Shown one piece after another: positions 28,457 to 38,097 of a stretch of DNA of 64,000 bases (within the stretch, counting starts at the first letter, position 1; the number at the start of each line of letters is the position of its first letter). Under the pieces are notes generated by a model. It ran no database searches. It saw only the letters and a list, made by a program, of their open reading frames with translations, and was not told the origin of the DNA. This stretch comes from Vulcanimicrobiota bacterium (GTDB taxonomy: Bacteria; Vulcanimicrobiota; Xenobia; Xenobiales; JADMJV01): positions 1,416,008 through 1,480,007 of the forward strand of contig JBFWNU010000001.1 in the NCBI GenBank assembly GCA_050250895.1, written 5' to 3'. Made by a program: the position numbers and the translations under genes.

Positions 28457-29566
28457 GTGTTCGGAAAAGTATTTCCAGAGGGACAGAAAACCGGCATATT
28501 GTGCGTTCTGGAGGTTGCCGGCGACACCGTGACCGCCAACGAGAAGAAGCCTCCGACTCCGGAGGATGCTCGCACTTTCACGTTTTCTCTGCGCCAGTCT
28601 CAGCTGACTTTCGGCGGTACCGACGACTGTAAGGTGGTGCTTAGCCAGTCGGGTCACAGCCTCTACGCCGAACGCAGCGACCTGGAGCCGGTGCTGGCGC
28701 GCTCGGGCTTGCTGGAGGTCTCGCGGGCGCTCGAAGGCGAGCGTCAAAAGGTGACCGTCAAACGCCGTTGGAACCGCGCTTTGACCCTGTCTGTGCTGGT
28801 GGGATTGGTGCTGCTGGCGGTGGGCTTGAACTTTCTGCTCGACGTCGCCGTCGGGCGCGTGGTCGCCACCGTCCCCGTCGCCTGGGAAGAGAAGCTGGGC
28901 GAGTTGGCTTTTGCCGGCCAGGACTGGAAGGTCATTGAAGACCCGGTGGTGGTGGAAGGCGTCCAGAAGATGGTCGACCGGCTGTTGGCGCACACCGGGT
29001 CCTCACCCTACAAGTTCAAGGTCAAGGTGGTCGACGACGAAATGGTCAACGCCTTCGCGGCCCCTGGGGGCCAGGTGGTGGTGATGTCGGGGTTGCTCAA
29101 GAAAGCCGAGAGTCCCGAAGAGGTAACCGGTGTGCTGGCCCACGAGCTCCAACATGTGCTTCATCGGCACAGCATCCGTCAACTGGCCGACCGGCTCAAG
29201 TGGCACCTGGTGATGGCTTTGCTGATCGGTGACGTTGGTTCGGTGCAAGAGGCGGTCATGGCCAATGCCCCGCTTTTTTTGCAGCTCTCCTTCTCTCGCT
29301 CGATGGAGACAGAGGCCGATACGACAGGGGTCGAGCTGTTGGTGAAGAGTAAAGTAGATCCGCGAGGGCTGAGGAGCTTTTTCGAGCGTCTTCAGAATCA
29401 ACAGGGAGCTGACCCCAAAATCTTGAAAATTATTTCAACACACCCCGCTACGGCGGATAGAATCGAGTATTTGAACGAATTGATCGAAGCTAACGCAGAC
29501 AAAGAATTCGAGCCGGTCGAGGTCGATTGGAAAGAACTCCAGGCTCATTTGAAGGGGGACGAATAG
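28457..29566 (+). CDS. M48 family metallopeptidase
   Basis: NAFAAPGG, AHELQH, FSRSMETEAD, STHP; GGAGG RBS before GTG 28457. Confidence 0.92.
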   Translation: MFGKVFPEGQKTGILCVLEVAGDTVTANEKKPPTPEDARTFTFSLRQSQLTFGGTDDCKVVLSQSGHSLYAERSDLEPVLARSGLLEVSRALEGERQKVTVKRRWNRALTLSVLVGLVLLAVGLNFLLDVAVGRVVATVPVAWEEKLGELAFAGQDWKVIEDPVVVEGVQKMVDRLLAHTGSSPYKFKVKVVDDEMVNAFAAPGGQVVVMSGLLKKAESPEEVTGVLAHELQHVLHRHSIRQLADRLKWHLVMALLIGDVGSVQEAVMANAPLFLQLSFSRSMETEADTTGVELLVKSKVDPRGLRSFFERLQNQQGADPKILKIISTHPATADRIEYLNELIEANADKEFEPVEVDWKELQAHLKGDE

Positions 29567-30229
29567 ATGGAGACGGAGCTGGCGGGAAACCCCGACTTCG
29601 GTCATATAAAGTTTCGTCTCGACTCTGGGGATAAGATTCTCGTAGAGTCGGGAGCGATGGCCGTGATGGATACCCACGTCGCGGTCGAGTCGAAGATGAT
29701 GGGCGGCTTCGTGCCGGCGGTCATGCGCAAATTGTTGGCTGGCGAGAGCCTGATGGTGGGCGAGTATTCCTCGAGTCAGGCGGGCCAGCGCCTGCAGATC
29801 TCGCCGGCGATCCCCGGCCAGGTATTGCATCGCAACTTGCAGGGCGAGACGCTCATGATGCAAGCCGGATCGTTTCTGGCCTGCACGCCCGGGGTGAATG
29901 TGAGCACCGTCTTTGGCGGTATCAAAGCCCTCTTTTCCGGAGAAGGCATGTTCTTTCTCAAGATTACCGGCCAGGGAGACCTTTGGTTTAACGCCTACGG
30001 CTCGGTGGTCGAACACGAGATGAGCGGCGATTTCATTGTCGATACCGGTCACGTCGTAGGCTGGGAACCCTCGGTCAACTGGGAGATCACCGGCATGGGC
30101 AACCTGATGTCGACGATCTTTTCGGGCGAGGGTCTGGTCATTCGCTTCTCGGGCAGCGGCAAAGTATGGCTTCAAACGCGATCGATGGGCGGCCTTTCGG
30201 GCTGGCTGTCGGGATATTGTAGGGGGTAG
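29567..30229 (+). CDS. AIM24/TIGR00266 family protein
   Basis: ESGAM, GEGMF, VDTGHVV, QTR. Confidence 0.92.
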   Translation: METELAGNPDFGHIKFRLDSGDKILVESGAMAVMDTHVAVESKMMGGFVPAVMRKLLAGESLMVGEYSSSQAGQRLQISPAIPGQVLHRNLQGETLMMQAGSFLACTPGVNVSTVFGGIKALFSGEGMFFLKITGQGDLWFNAYGSVVEHEMSGDFIVDTGHVVGWEPSVNWEITGMGNLMSTIFSGEGLVIRFSGSGKVWLQTRSMGGLSGWLSGYCRG

Positions 30230-30231
30230 CG

Positions 30232-30912
30232 ATGCGCACCGAAATTATTGGTCACCACGCCTTTCAGAGTTGCCGCGTGGTCATGGAGCAGGGCGAGCAC
30301 TTCATCAGCGAAGCTGGCAAGATGGTGCGAATGTCGGCCGAGATCGATGTCGACGTCACCACCAAGAAAAATAGCGGCGGCCTGTTGGGCGGGCTCAAGC
30401 GCCTGATGGGCGGCGACTCGTTCTTCTTTTCGACCTACACCGCCCGGGCCAACGATGTCGAGGTGGTGCTGGGTCCTGTCTTGCCCGGCAACATCGGCCT
30501 GCTCGAGTTAGACGGTTCGAGCGGCTGGTATTCGGCGGGTGGCTCCTACATGGCCTCGGGCCCCAACATTCAAACCGAGCCGAAGTGGCAGGGCATGAAG
30601 GGGCTTTTTAGCGGTGAGAACCTGGTCTTCGTGCACTGCACCGGCACCGGGCCGGTGGTGCTCGACGCCTTTGGTGTCATCTGGGAAGAGCAGGTCAACG
30701 GCACCTTCATCGTCGACACTGGCCACGTGGTGGCCTTCGAGGACACACTCGAGTACGAGATCACCAAGGTTGGCGGGTCGTGGCTGACCTCTTTCCTGGC
30801 GGGCGAGGGGTTCGTCATCAACTTCAAAGGCACCGGACGCGTGATGGTGCAGTCTCACAACCGCAACGAGTTCGGGCGCTCCCTGGGCCCGATGCTTCCA
30901 CCGAGGGCTTAA
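30232..30912 (+). CDS. AIM24/TIGR00266 family protein
   Basis: EAGKM, VDTGHVVAF, GEG, QS. Confidence 0.92.
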   Translation: MRTEIIGHHAFQSCRVVMEQGEHFISEAGKMVRMSAEIDVDVTTKKNSGGLLGGLKRLMGGDSFFFSTYTARANDVEVVLGPVLPGNIGLLELDGSSGWYSAGGSYMASGPNIQTEPKWQGMKGLFSGENLVFVHCTGTGPVVLDAFGVIWEEQVNGTFIVDTGHVVAFEDTLEYEITKVGGSWLTSFLAGEGFVINFKGTGRVMVQSHNRNEFGRSLGPMLPPRA

Positions 30913-30914
30913 AG

Positions 30915-31586
30915 ATGGAATACAACATTATTTGTGAAGGCAGTTATCCCGCACTGGAGGTGACCCTCAATCCGGGCGAAACGTTGGTCTCCGAGGCCGG
31001 CGCGATGGCCTGGATGGACACTTCCATCCAGGCCAAGACCTCGGCCCGCGGAGGGATCGGCGGGGCGCTCAAGCGCGGTATCCTGGGCGGCGAGAGTTTC
31101 TTTCAGAACGAATACACCACCACCCAGGCTGGGGCCAGGATCACGCTGGTTTCGGGTCAGCCGGGTTACATTCGGGCCACCGACATGGAGGGCGAGAACC
31201 TCATGCTCGAGCGTGGAGCCTACCTCGCCTCGACCCCCGATGTGGTGGTCGACTCCAAGTTCCAGGGCTTAAAGAAGATGTTCGCCGAGGGCATGTTCGT
31301 GCTCACCGCCAGCGGCTCGGGAACTCTCTTCTGGAACGCCTATGGCGATATCCAGCAGATCGACGTGGCCGGCGAATACATTGTCGACAACGGCTACGCC
31401 GTAGCCTGGGATGCCAGCCTCGACTATGACGTCACTCGCAGCGGGCGCAAGATCAGGGCGTTCTTGTTCGGCGACCAGCTCGTGATGAAATTTCGCGGCC
31501 ACGGCCGGGTCTGGGTGCAATCTCGCTCGGCCCGCGCCTTAGCCAGCTGGATCCATCCCTACCGCCGAGTCCAGAACAAGGGCTAG
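30915..31586 (+). CDS. AIM24/TIGR00266 family protein
   Basis: EAGAM, GESFF, VDNGYAVAW, VQSR; start at MEYNII. Confidence 0.92.
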   Translation: MEYNIICEGSYPALEVTLNPGETLVSEAGAMAWMDTSIQAKTSARGGIGGALKRGILGGESFFQNEYTTTQAGARITLVSGQPGYIRATDMEGENLMLERGAYLASTPDVVVDSKFQGLKKMFAEGMFVLTASGSGTLFWNAYGDIQQIDVAGEYIVDNGYAVAWDASLDYDVTRSGRKIRAFLFGDQLVMKFRGHGRVWVQSRSARALASWIHPYRRVQNKG

Positions 31587-31598
31587 TCCCTGTCCTGA

Positions 31599-33302
31599 CT
31601 AACCCGAGAGGGGTTCGTATTCGACCTGTTGCTGGCTGTCAGGCTGGAGGGGAGCCTTGACCGCTGGGAAGTCGTCGATGTCGGTGGTAAAGTCGGGCGG
31701 CACCGTCCGGAGCAGGTCTTTGAGCTCGAAGGTCGTTTGATTGTCCAGTTGCCTGAGCAGCTTGTGCAAATTCTCGGCCGAAGGGTCATCGCTCATCCCC
31801 GAACGGGCCTCCAGGAAAGCGGGCCCGAACTTCTCCCACAGCGGTCCGTCGGTCTGGCGGCCCCGCGAGAGTTGGACCAGGTCGCGAATGACATCCCGCC
31901 AATAGGCCGCCGCATGGGTTCGAGTAGCTCCCATCTCGTCGGCCTGAGCCTCGTTGATGGTGGTCAACAGCAAGGGCTTTTCGTAATAGACGTTGTTATC
32001 GGGGTGAAGGTGGGCGTAGAAAACCGCCGTGAAAGACGACTTCTTGCCGTTCGAGTCGGTGACCACCACCTTGCCGGTCCGAAAACCGTCGGGCTCTAGC
32101 TTCATCTGGTGACACAGGGGGCAGGCCTGGTGATAGAGGGCGTTGAGGCGTCCGGTCACATAGGAGGCCCGCTCTGAGGCGGTTAGGCCAAACCCGTCGG
32201 TGAGGGTCAGCAGGCCGATCTCTTCGCCCAGGGTCACGATCGATCGCGCCTCTTCGTCGCGGTGGCTGAAGATGTTGCCGGTAAAGCCGGTGTCCTGGTC
32301 TAGCGGTACGGGTTTAGGTCGAGCAAAATAGGCCCCGGCCACCAGCGCCACCAACAGCAGGGAGATGACTAGCCAGCGCTTGAGGGAGGCCTTCCGCGCG
32401 GTCTCGGGCTCGGAAACAGTGGGTGGCGTCGCTGGGGCCTCGGTTTTATGCTCGGGGCGTAGCTGCTGGCGCAACTCGGCCATGCTCTGTTGGCGGTTGT
32501 CTGGCTTGAACTCGAGGGCCTGCATCACGATAGCCTCGGTCTTTTCGCTGACCGCCGGGTTGATTTCTCGGACCGGAGCGAATTGAAAGGCTCCCATCCG
32601 TTTGCGCTTGCCGCCGGTGAGCAGGTCGTAGAGGGTGGCTCCCAAGGTATAGATGTCCGACCGCACGTCGGTCTGGGTGCCTCCATAGTGCTCGGGCGAG
32701 GCGGTGGTGACGCTGCCCATCAACTGGGTGTCCGACTTTCGGTCCTCCTTGTGAAGGCGCGCGATACCGAAGTCGATCAGCCGCAGCCGGTCGCCCTGGA
32801 GCAAGAGATTCTCTGGCTTAAGATCGCGGTAGATAATGGGAGGCTTCTGGTTGTGCAGGTATTCGAAGATGTCGCACAGCTGCACCCCCCAGTCGAGCAC
32901 GGTTCCTTCTTTGGAGGGGCCGCGCGCCATGACCTTGTGGAGGGGCTCGCCGTCGATACACTCCAGGGCCAGATAGTAGTATCCATTTTCTTCGAAGAGC
33001 CCTTCGTAAGCAACGATACCAGGATGGTTCAGGCGTTCGAGCAGGCCCTTTTCCTGCGTCAGCGCCAGTACGTGTTGAGGCTCGCTCGAGGGCACCTCTT
33101 TGAGCACGTAGACCTGGCCGTTCTTCTCGGCCTTGTAGACGACGCTCATACCTCCCGAACCCAGATAAGTGACCTTATAGTCCCCGACGCTACTTCCCGG
33201 CTTGAGCACCAGGGCTCCGGTGCCGCGGTCTGGGGCCGGTATGCGCGCAGTCGACACGGTTCTACTTCCGACGAATTCCGGCCAGGTAGGTGGCTTCGAC
33301 AC
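31599..33302 (-). CDS. Membrane Ser/Thr protein kinase with extracytoplasmic domain
   Basis: LGSGGMSVVY, VLKE, YRDLKPEN, DFG, SPE; TM WLVISLLLVALVAGAYF; CPLCH in the C-terminal domain. Confidence 0.93.
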   Translation of the reverse strand: MSKPPTWPEFVGSRTVSTARIPAPDRGTGALVLKPGSSVGDYKVTYLGSGGMSVVYKAEKNGQVYVLKEVPSSEPQHVLALTQEKGLLERLNHPGIVAYEGLFEENGYYYLALECIDGEPLHKVMARGPSKEGTVLDWGVQLCDIFEYLHNQKPPIIYRDLKPENLLLQGDRLRLIDFGIARLHKEDRKSDTQLMGSVTTASPEHYGGTQTDVRSDIYTLGATLYDLLTGGKRKRMGAFQFAPVREINPAVSEKTEAIVMQALEFKPDNRQQSMAELRQQLRPEHKTEAPATPPTVSEPETARKASLKRWLVISLLLVALVAGAYFARPKPVPLDQDTGFTGNIFSHRDEEARSIVTLGEEIGLLTLTDGFGLTASERASYVTGRLNALYHQACPLCHQMKLEPDGFRTGKVVVTDSNGKKSSFTAVFYAHLHPDNNVYYEKPLLLTTINEAQADEMGATRTHAAAYWRDVIRDLVQLSRGRQTDGPLWEKFGPAFLEARSGMSDDPSAENLHKLLRQLDNQTTFELKDLLRTVPPDFTTDIDDFPAVKAPLQPDSQQQVEYEPLSG

Positions 33303-34593
33303 AGCGTTCGTCGCCCAGCAACATCAAGCCGAAGAACTGAAAGTCGGCTTCTTCGAGGGTTCGCGGCCCGCTGGCCCGGGTGCGGATGGCCAGGGTCGGG
33401 GTGCCGGCCGCGTCCAACACGACCAGGTCGGCTTCTTTGCCGGCCTCGAAGTTGCCCAACTTGTCTTCGAGATAAAGCGAATGGGCCGAGCCGAGGGTGG
33501 CCATATAGAGCCCTCGCAGAGCCGAAACCTTGAAGTCGTCGCCGCCGTGTGTGACAAATCCGAGCATGCCGACCTTGTAGGCGTCTTCCAGCGTTTTAAG
33601 CATGGACAGGCTGTTGCCGGCGCCGCTATCGCACCCCAGACCCAGGCGAACGCCGTGGCGGCGGCATAGGTCCAGGCGGAAGAGACCGCTGCCCAGAAAA
33701 AGGTTGGAGCTGGGACAGAAAGTGATGGCCGCGCCGGCCGCGGCCATGCGGGCAAACTCTCCTTCGCTGAGATGGATCGAGTGGCCGGCCGAAAAACGGG
33801 GGCCGACCAGGCCATAGCGTTCGTACACTTCGAGATAGTCAGCGGCTTCAGGATAGAAGCCCAACACGGTCTCGATTTCGACAGGATTCTCGGACAGGTG
33901 CGTGTTCACCCAGCAATCCGGAAACTCGCTCTTGAGCTGACCCGCCCGCTGCAGCTGGGCATGGGTGCTACCCAGGGCAAAGCGCGGGCAGATCGAGTAG
34001 AGATTGCGTCCCCGACCGTGGTAGCGCTCGATCAGGTCGCGGCTGCCCTCATAGAAGCTCTCGGGAGTATCGCGATAGTCGTCGGGGGCAGTGCCCTGAC
34101 GGTCGATTCCGGTCAGCCCGCAAAGGGCTCGCATCCCCAGGCGTTCGGCCACCTCGAAATAGGCCTCGACCGAACCCGGGAAGGTGGTGGCGAAGGACTG
34201 GGCGGTGGTGGTGCCGTGGGTGATCAGCAGTTCGAAGAATTCCTCGGCCACCTCCAGAGCATAATCCTTGTTGCGAAAGCGGGTCTCTTCAGGAAAGACA
34301 TAGCGAGCCAGCCAGTCGAGCAACTGGTTGCCGTAGGCCCCGATGATGCGGGTCTGAGGATAGTGGACGTGGCAGTCGATAAAGCCGGGCACGATCAGTC
34401 GATGGCGATGGTCGTCGATGGGCAGGTCGGGATGCAGGGGCGCCAGGTCTTGATAGTCGCCGAAGCTCTCGATCAGCCCATCCGAGACGATCAGCAGGCC
34501 GTCGGGTCGAAAACGAGCACACTCGCTCTGGGGCTGCGTCCAGGGGTCCCCGACGAGGTCAAGAAAGGCACCCCGAATTCCAAGACGTGGCAC
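33262..34593 (-). CDS. guaD: Guanine deaminase
   Basis: PGFIDCHVHYPQ, LLDWL, PRFA, THLSEN, CPSSNLFLGSG; GTG start inferred. Confidence 0.93.
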   Translation of the reverse strand: MPRLGIRGAFLDLVGDPWTQPQSECARFRPDGLLIVSDGLIESFGDYQDLAPLHPDLPIDDHRHRLIVPGFIDCHVHYPQTRIIGAYGNQLLDWLARYVFPEETRFRNKDYALEVAEEFFELLITHGTTTAQSFATTFPGSVEAYFEVAERLGMRALCGLTGIDRQGTAPDDYRDTPESFYEGSRDLIERYHGRGRNLYSICPRFALGSTHAQLQRAGQLKSEFPDCWVNTHLSENPVEIETVLGFYPEAADYLEVYERYGLVGPRFSAGHSIHLSEGEFARMAAAGAAITFCPSSNLFLGSGLFRLDLCRRHGVRLGLGCDSGAGNSLSMLKTLEDAYKVGMLGFVTHGGDDFKVSALRGLYMATLGSAHSLYLEDKLGNFEAGKEADLVVLDAAGTPTLAIRTRASGPRTLEEADFQFFGLMLLGDERCVEATYLAGIRRK

Positions 34594-34665
34594 CAGGTTT
34601 CCTTCCTGAATCCGGCTCGGTTTCCTGTCTGCAGGTTCCTGCCCGCTCCGCACGAATCTGGCTCG

Positions 34666-35994
34666 ATGCCGCCTAGTTTGCTCAGCAGCCGCCGCGTCCT
34701 GGTGGACGGCCGCCTCCGGCCGGCCACGCTCGCCATCGAGAATCAGACAATCACGGCCATTCTCGAGCATGATCCCGCTCGGTCGGCCGAGACTCACCAT
34801 GACTATCACGATCTGGTGGTGATGGCCGGCCTCATCGATACCCATGTGCACATCAACGAGCCGGGCCGCACCGATTGGGAAGGGTTCGAAACGGCCACGC
34901 GGGCAGCCGCTGCTGGCGGTGTCACTACTCTGGTCGACATGCCGCTCAACTCGATTCCGTCCACCGTGGACGCTGATGGTTTTCGACTCAAGATCGAGGC
35001 CGCCGCGGGCAAACTGCGGGTCGACGTGGGGCTATGGGGTGGGGCCGTGGTCGGCAACCTGACCGGCATGCGCGAGCTTCACCAGGCCGGGGTGCTGGGT
35101 TTCAAGTGTTTTCTCAGCCCCTCGGGGACCGACGAATTCACCAATCTGGACTTCGAGCAACTCGGCGAGGCCATGAAGGTGGTGGCCGAACTCGATAGCG
35201 TCCTGTTGGTGCACGCTGAAGACCCCGCGGAGCTACGTGAATTCAGCGGCGATCCCCGTAACTACGACAACTATCTGGCCACCCGCCCCTCCCGAGCCGA
35301 GGTTTCGGCCATCGAACGAGTCGTGGCCGCCGCCCGGGCCAGCGGCTGCCGGGCCCATATCGTGCACCTGGCCACCGAGGCCGGCCTGCCGGTCCTCGAG
35401 GGTAGCGGGGTGACGGTCGAGACCTGTCCCCACTATCTGACCTTCGCGGCCGAAGAGATCGAGCCGGGGGCCACAGCCTACAAGTGCGCCCCGCCGATTC
35501 GGGGCCGGGTCACTCGCGACGCGTTGTGGCAGGCGCTGGGGCGGGGGGCCATCCAACTCGTGGCGACCGACCACTCACCCAGTCCGCCTGAGCTCAAGTG
35601 CACCGATAACGGCGACTTTTCGGCGGCCTGGGGTGGCATCAGCAGTTTGCAGCTGTTGCTGCCCGCCGTCTGGACCGAGGCCGCGCGGCGTGGCTATACC
35701 ATCGAGAACCTGACCGAGTGGGTCTGCTCCGCCCCAGCTCGACTGGCCGGGCTGGACCACCTCAAGGGACGGTTGGCCCCCGGGTTGCAGGCCGATCTGG
35801 TGGTGTGGGACCCGAACGCCACCTTTGTGGTCGAACGTCTGGAACACCGTCATCCCCTCACGCCCTACCAGGGAAGGACCCTGAGAGGGGTGGTGGAAGC
35901 GACTTATCTGCGGGGCCAGCGAATTTTCTTCCAGTCGCAACACCATTCCGAGTGCCTCGGCCAGATTGTGAAGAGAGCGAGGAGCCAGGCTTGA
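34666..35994 (+). CDS. allB: Allantoinase
   Basis: DTHVHINEPGRTDWEGF, DMPLNS, ETCPHYL, KCAPPIR, TDHSP, WGGISS. Confidence 0.96.
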   Translation: MPPSLLSSRRVLVDGRLRPATLAIENQTITAILEHDPARSAETHHDYHDLVVMAGLIDTHVHINEPGRTDWEGFETATRAAAAGGVTTLVDMPLNSIPSTVDADGFRLKIEAAAGKLRVDVGLWGGAVVGNLTGMRELHQAGVLGFKCFLSPSGTDEFTNLDFEQLGEAMKVVAELDSVLLVHAEDPAELREFSGDPRNYDNYLATRPSRAEVSAIERVVAAARASGCRAHIVHLATEAGLPVLEGSGVTVETCPHYLTFAAEEIEPGATAYKCAPPIRGRVTRDALWQALGRGAIQLVATDHSPSPPELKCTDNGDFSAAWGGISSLQLLLPAVWTEAARRGYTIENLTEWVCSAPARLAGLDHLKGRLAPGLQADLVVWDPNATFVVERLEHRHPLTPYQGRTLRGVVEATYLRGQRIFFQSQHHSECLGQIVKRARSQA

Positions 35995-36497
35995 GCACCG
36001 CCCAGCAGCGTTTGCATGCTCTCAACCAGCTCGGACATGAAGAATGCGTGGCCGAGCTACGGCAGTGTTGCGCCTGCACCAGCTGGGCCGAGGCGGTGGC
36101 TGCGGCCAGGCCTTATGGCGACCCGCAAGCCTTGATGACGGCCGCCGACCAGGCCTGGGCGGCCACCGGTCCTGACCAATGGCTCGAGGCCTTCGCGGCC
36201 CACCCACGCATCGGGCAGCGTAAGCAGGGTAGCGACCAGTCGAGTCGCTGGTCAGCCCAAGAACAGGGCTCGGCCCCCGATTCTGAAGTGGCCGACCGGC
36301 TGGCCGAGGCCAACGAGGCCTATTTCGAGAAGTTCGGGTTCGTTTTCTTGATCTGCGCGACCGGTAAGACGCCGGCCGAGATGCTGGCTGCTCTCGAGCA
36401 GCGGCTCGGAAGCGAGCGCCAGACCGAGTTGAGGACAGCCGCCGCCGAGCAGGCGAAAATCACCCTTCTGAGATTGGAGAAATATCTCACCCAATGA
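35991..36497 (+). CDS. uraD: OHCU decarboxylase
   Basis: AHPRIG, SAQEQ, YFEKFGFVFLICA, EQAKIT; TTG start overlapping the allB stop. Confidence 0.93.
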   Translation: MSTAQQRLHALNQLGHEECVAELRQCCACTSWAEAVAAARPYGDPQALMTAADQAWAATGPDQWLEAFAAHPRIGQRKQGSDQSSRWSAQEQGSAPDSEVADRLAEANEAYFEKFGFVFLICATGKTPAEMLAALEQRLGSERQTELRTAAAEQAKITLLRLEKYLTQ

Positions 36498-36829
36498 GCG
36501 CCATCACTACCCATGTCTTAGATACTTCCCTGGGCCGGCCCGGGCAGCAGATCGCCGTGCGCCTGTTTCGCGAAGAACAGGGCGAGTGGCGTCAGATCGG
36601 CCAGGACAAGACCGATGACGACGGCCGAGTGAAAGGCCTGCTGGCCGGCGAGCTTCAGGCGGGGATCCACCGCATCGAGTTCGATACCGGGGAATATTTC
36701 CGCCGGACCAACCGCCAGGGCTTCTACCCTTACGTCGAGATCACTTTCGAGGTGACCAGCCCCCAAGAGCATCACCATGTTCCATTGCTGCTCAATCCAT
36801 TCGGCTTTTCCACCTACCGGGGGAGCTAG
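36494..36829 (+). CDS. uraH: 5-hydroxyisourate hydrolase
   Basis: ITTHVLD, DGR, HVPLLL, C-terminal YRGS. Confidence 0.97.
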   Translation: MSAITTHVLDTSLGRPGQQIAVRLFREEQGEWRQIGQDKTDDDGRVKGLLAGELQAGIHRIEFDTGEYFRRTNRQGFYPYVEITFEVTSPQEHHHVPLLLNPFGFSTYRGS

Positions 36830-36909
36830 CGCGTGCCGAGGGTCGAGCCGCGACAGGCGCCTGGCAACCAGCTACGAATGAATCCTCTGGGGACGCCACG
36901 GAGGTATGC

Positions 36910-38097
36910 ATGAACCCAACCGTGTTGGAATGGTCGGGCCTGCTGATTCGATGGTTCCATATGATCGCGGGCATCTGGTGGATCGGTAGTTCACTCTATT
37001 TCGTCTGGCTCGACAACAGCTTCGAGCCACCCAAAGAGGCTCGCGACGGCGTCGAGGGCGAGACCTTCATGGTCCACGGCGGCTTCTACTATCTGGTCGA
37101 GAAGCGCCTGATGCAACCGGGCAAGATGCCCGAGACGCTCCACTGGTTCAAGTGGGAGGCCACCTTCACCTGGATCTCGGGCATGCTGTTGCTGGCCGTG
37201 GTGTATTACCTCACCGGCGGCGCCTATCTGGTCGATCCTCAGGTGGCCGACATCGGTACGGGCACCGCAGTGGTCATCAGTCTGGCTACGGTGTTCTTGT
37301 CCTGGCTGGTCTACGACACCCTCTGGCAGACGCTCGGCAAGAAGAGCGTCCCCGCGGGTACTGCCATTTCTTTGAGCTTGTTGTTGGGCCTGGCTTACGG
37401 ACTTTGCCACACATTTTCTGGCCGCGCCGCGTATATCCATTTGGGGGCGATTCTGGGAACCATCATGGTGGCCAACGTCTGGATTCGCATCCTGCCGGGT
37501 CAGCAGAAGATGCTCGACGATGCCCTGGCGGGACAGACTCCAGACTACAGTCAGGGCAAGTGGGCCAAGGTCCGCTCGGTCCACAACAGCTACATGACTT
37601 TTCCGGTGCTGTTCATGATGATCAGCAATCACTACGCCCAGACCTTCGGCGACCAGCAAAACTGGATCGTACTCATTTTGCTGATGGTCTTCGGAGCCGG
37701 CATTCGCCATTACATGATCACCCACGAGCAGCATCGGCCGGCCAACTGGGTGTGGGTGCCGGTCCTGGCGTCCCTGGGCCTGATGCTCTGGATGACCGCG
37801 CCCGAGAAGCCGGCCGCTGCCGTTACCGACGGCGGCGAGCAGGTCCATTTCTCGCAGGTTCAGACGATCATTTCGGTGCGCTGTCTGCAGTGCCACTCGA
37901 GTAGCCCGAGTGATGATGTATTTACCACAGCTCCCAACGGGGTATTGTTCGAGACTCCCGAACAGATCCGTAAACTGGCCGACCGCATTAAAGTGCGAGC
38001 CGTTGATTCCAAAGCGATGCCATTGGGGAACAAGACGAACATGACCGACGAAGAAAGGGAGATTCTGGGGCGATGGCTGGCCCAGGGAGCGCCGTGA
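36910..38097 (+). CDS. puuD: Membrane urate hydroxylase with C-terminal cytochrome c
   Basis: RWFHMIAGIWWIG, HGGF, LHWFKWEA, RSVHNSY, CLQCH, MPLGN. Confidence 0.93.
   Translation: MNPTVLEWSGLLIRWFHMIAGIWWIGSSLYFVWLDNSFEPPKEARDGVEGETFMVHGGFYYLVEKRLMQPGKMPETLHWFKWEATFTWISGMLLLAVVYYLTGGAYLVDPQVADIGTGTAVVISLATVFLSWLVYDTLWQTLGKKSVPAGTAISLSLLLGLAYGLCHTFSGRAAYIHLGAILGTIMVANVWIRILPGQQKMLDDALAGQTPDYSQGKWAKVRSVHNSYMTFPVLFMMISNHYAQTFGDQQNWIVLILLMVFGAGIRHYMITHEQHRPANWVWVPVLASLGLMLWMTAPEKPAAAVTDGGEQVHFSQVQTIISVRCLQCHSSSPSDDVFTTAPNGVLFETPEQIRKLADRIKVRAVDSKAMPLGNKTNMTDEEREILGRWLAQGAP

Noticed and set aside
33772-34851. Long N-terminal extensions of allB and guaD in the ORF track
   Set aside because: They overlap the divergent gene; family homology begins at 34666 and about 34593.
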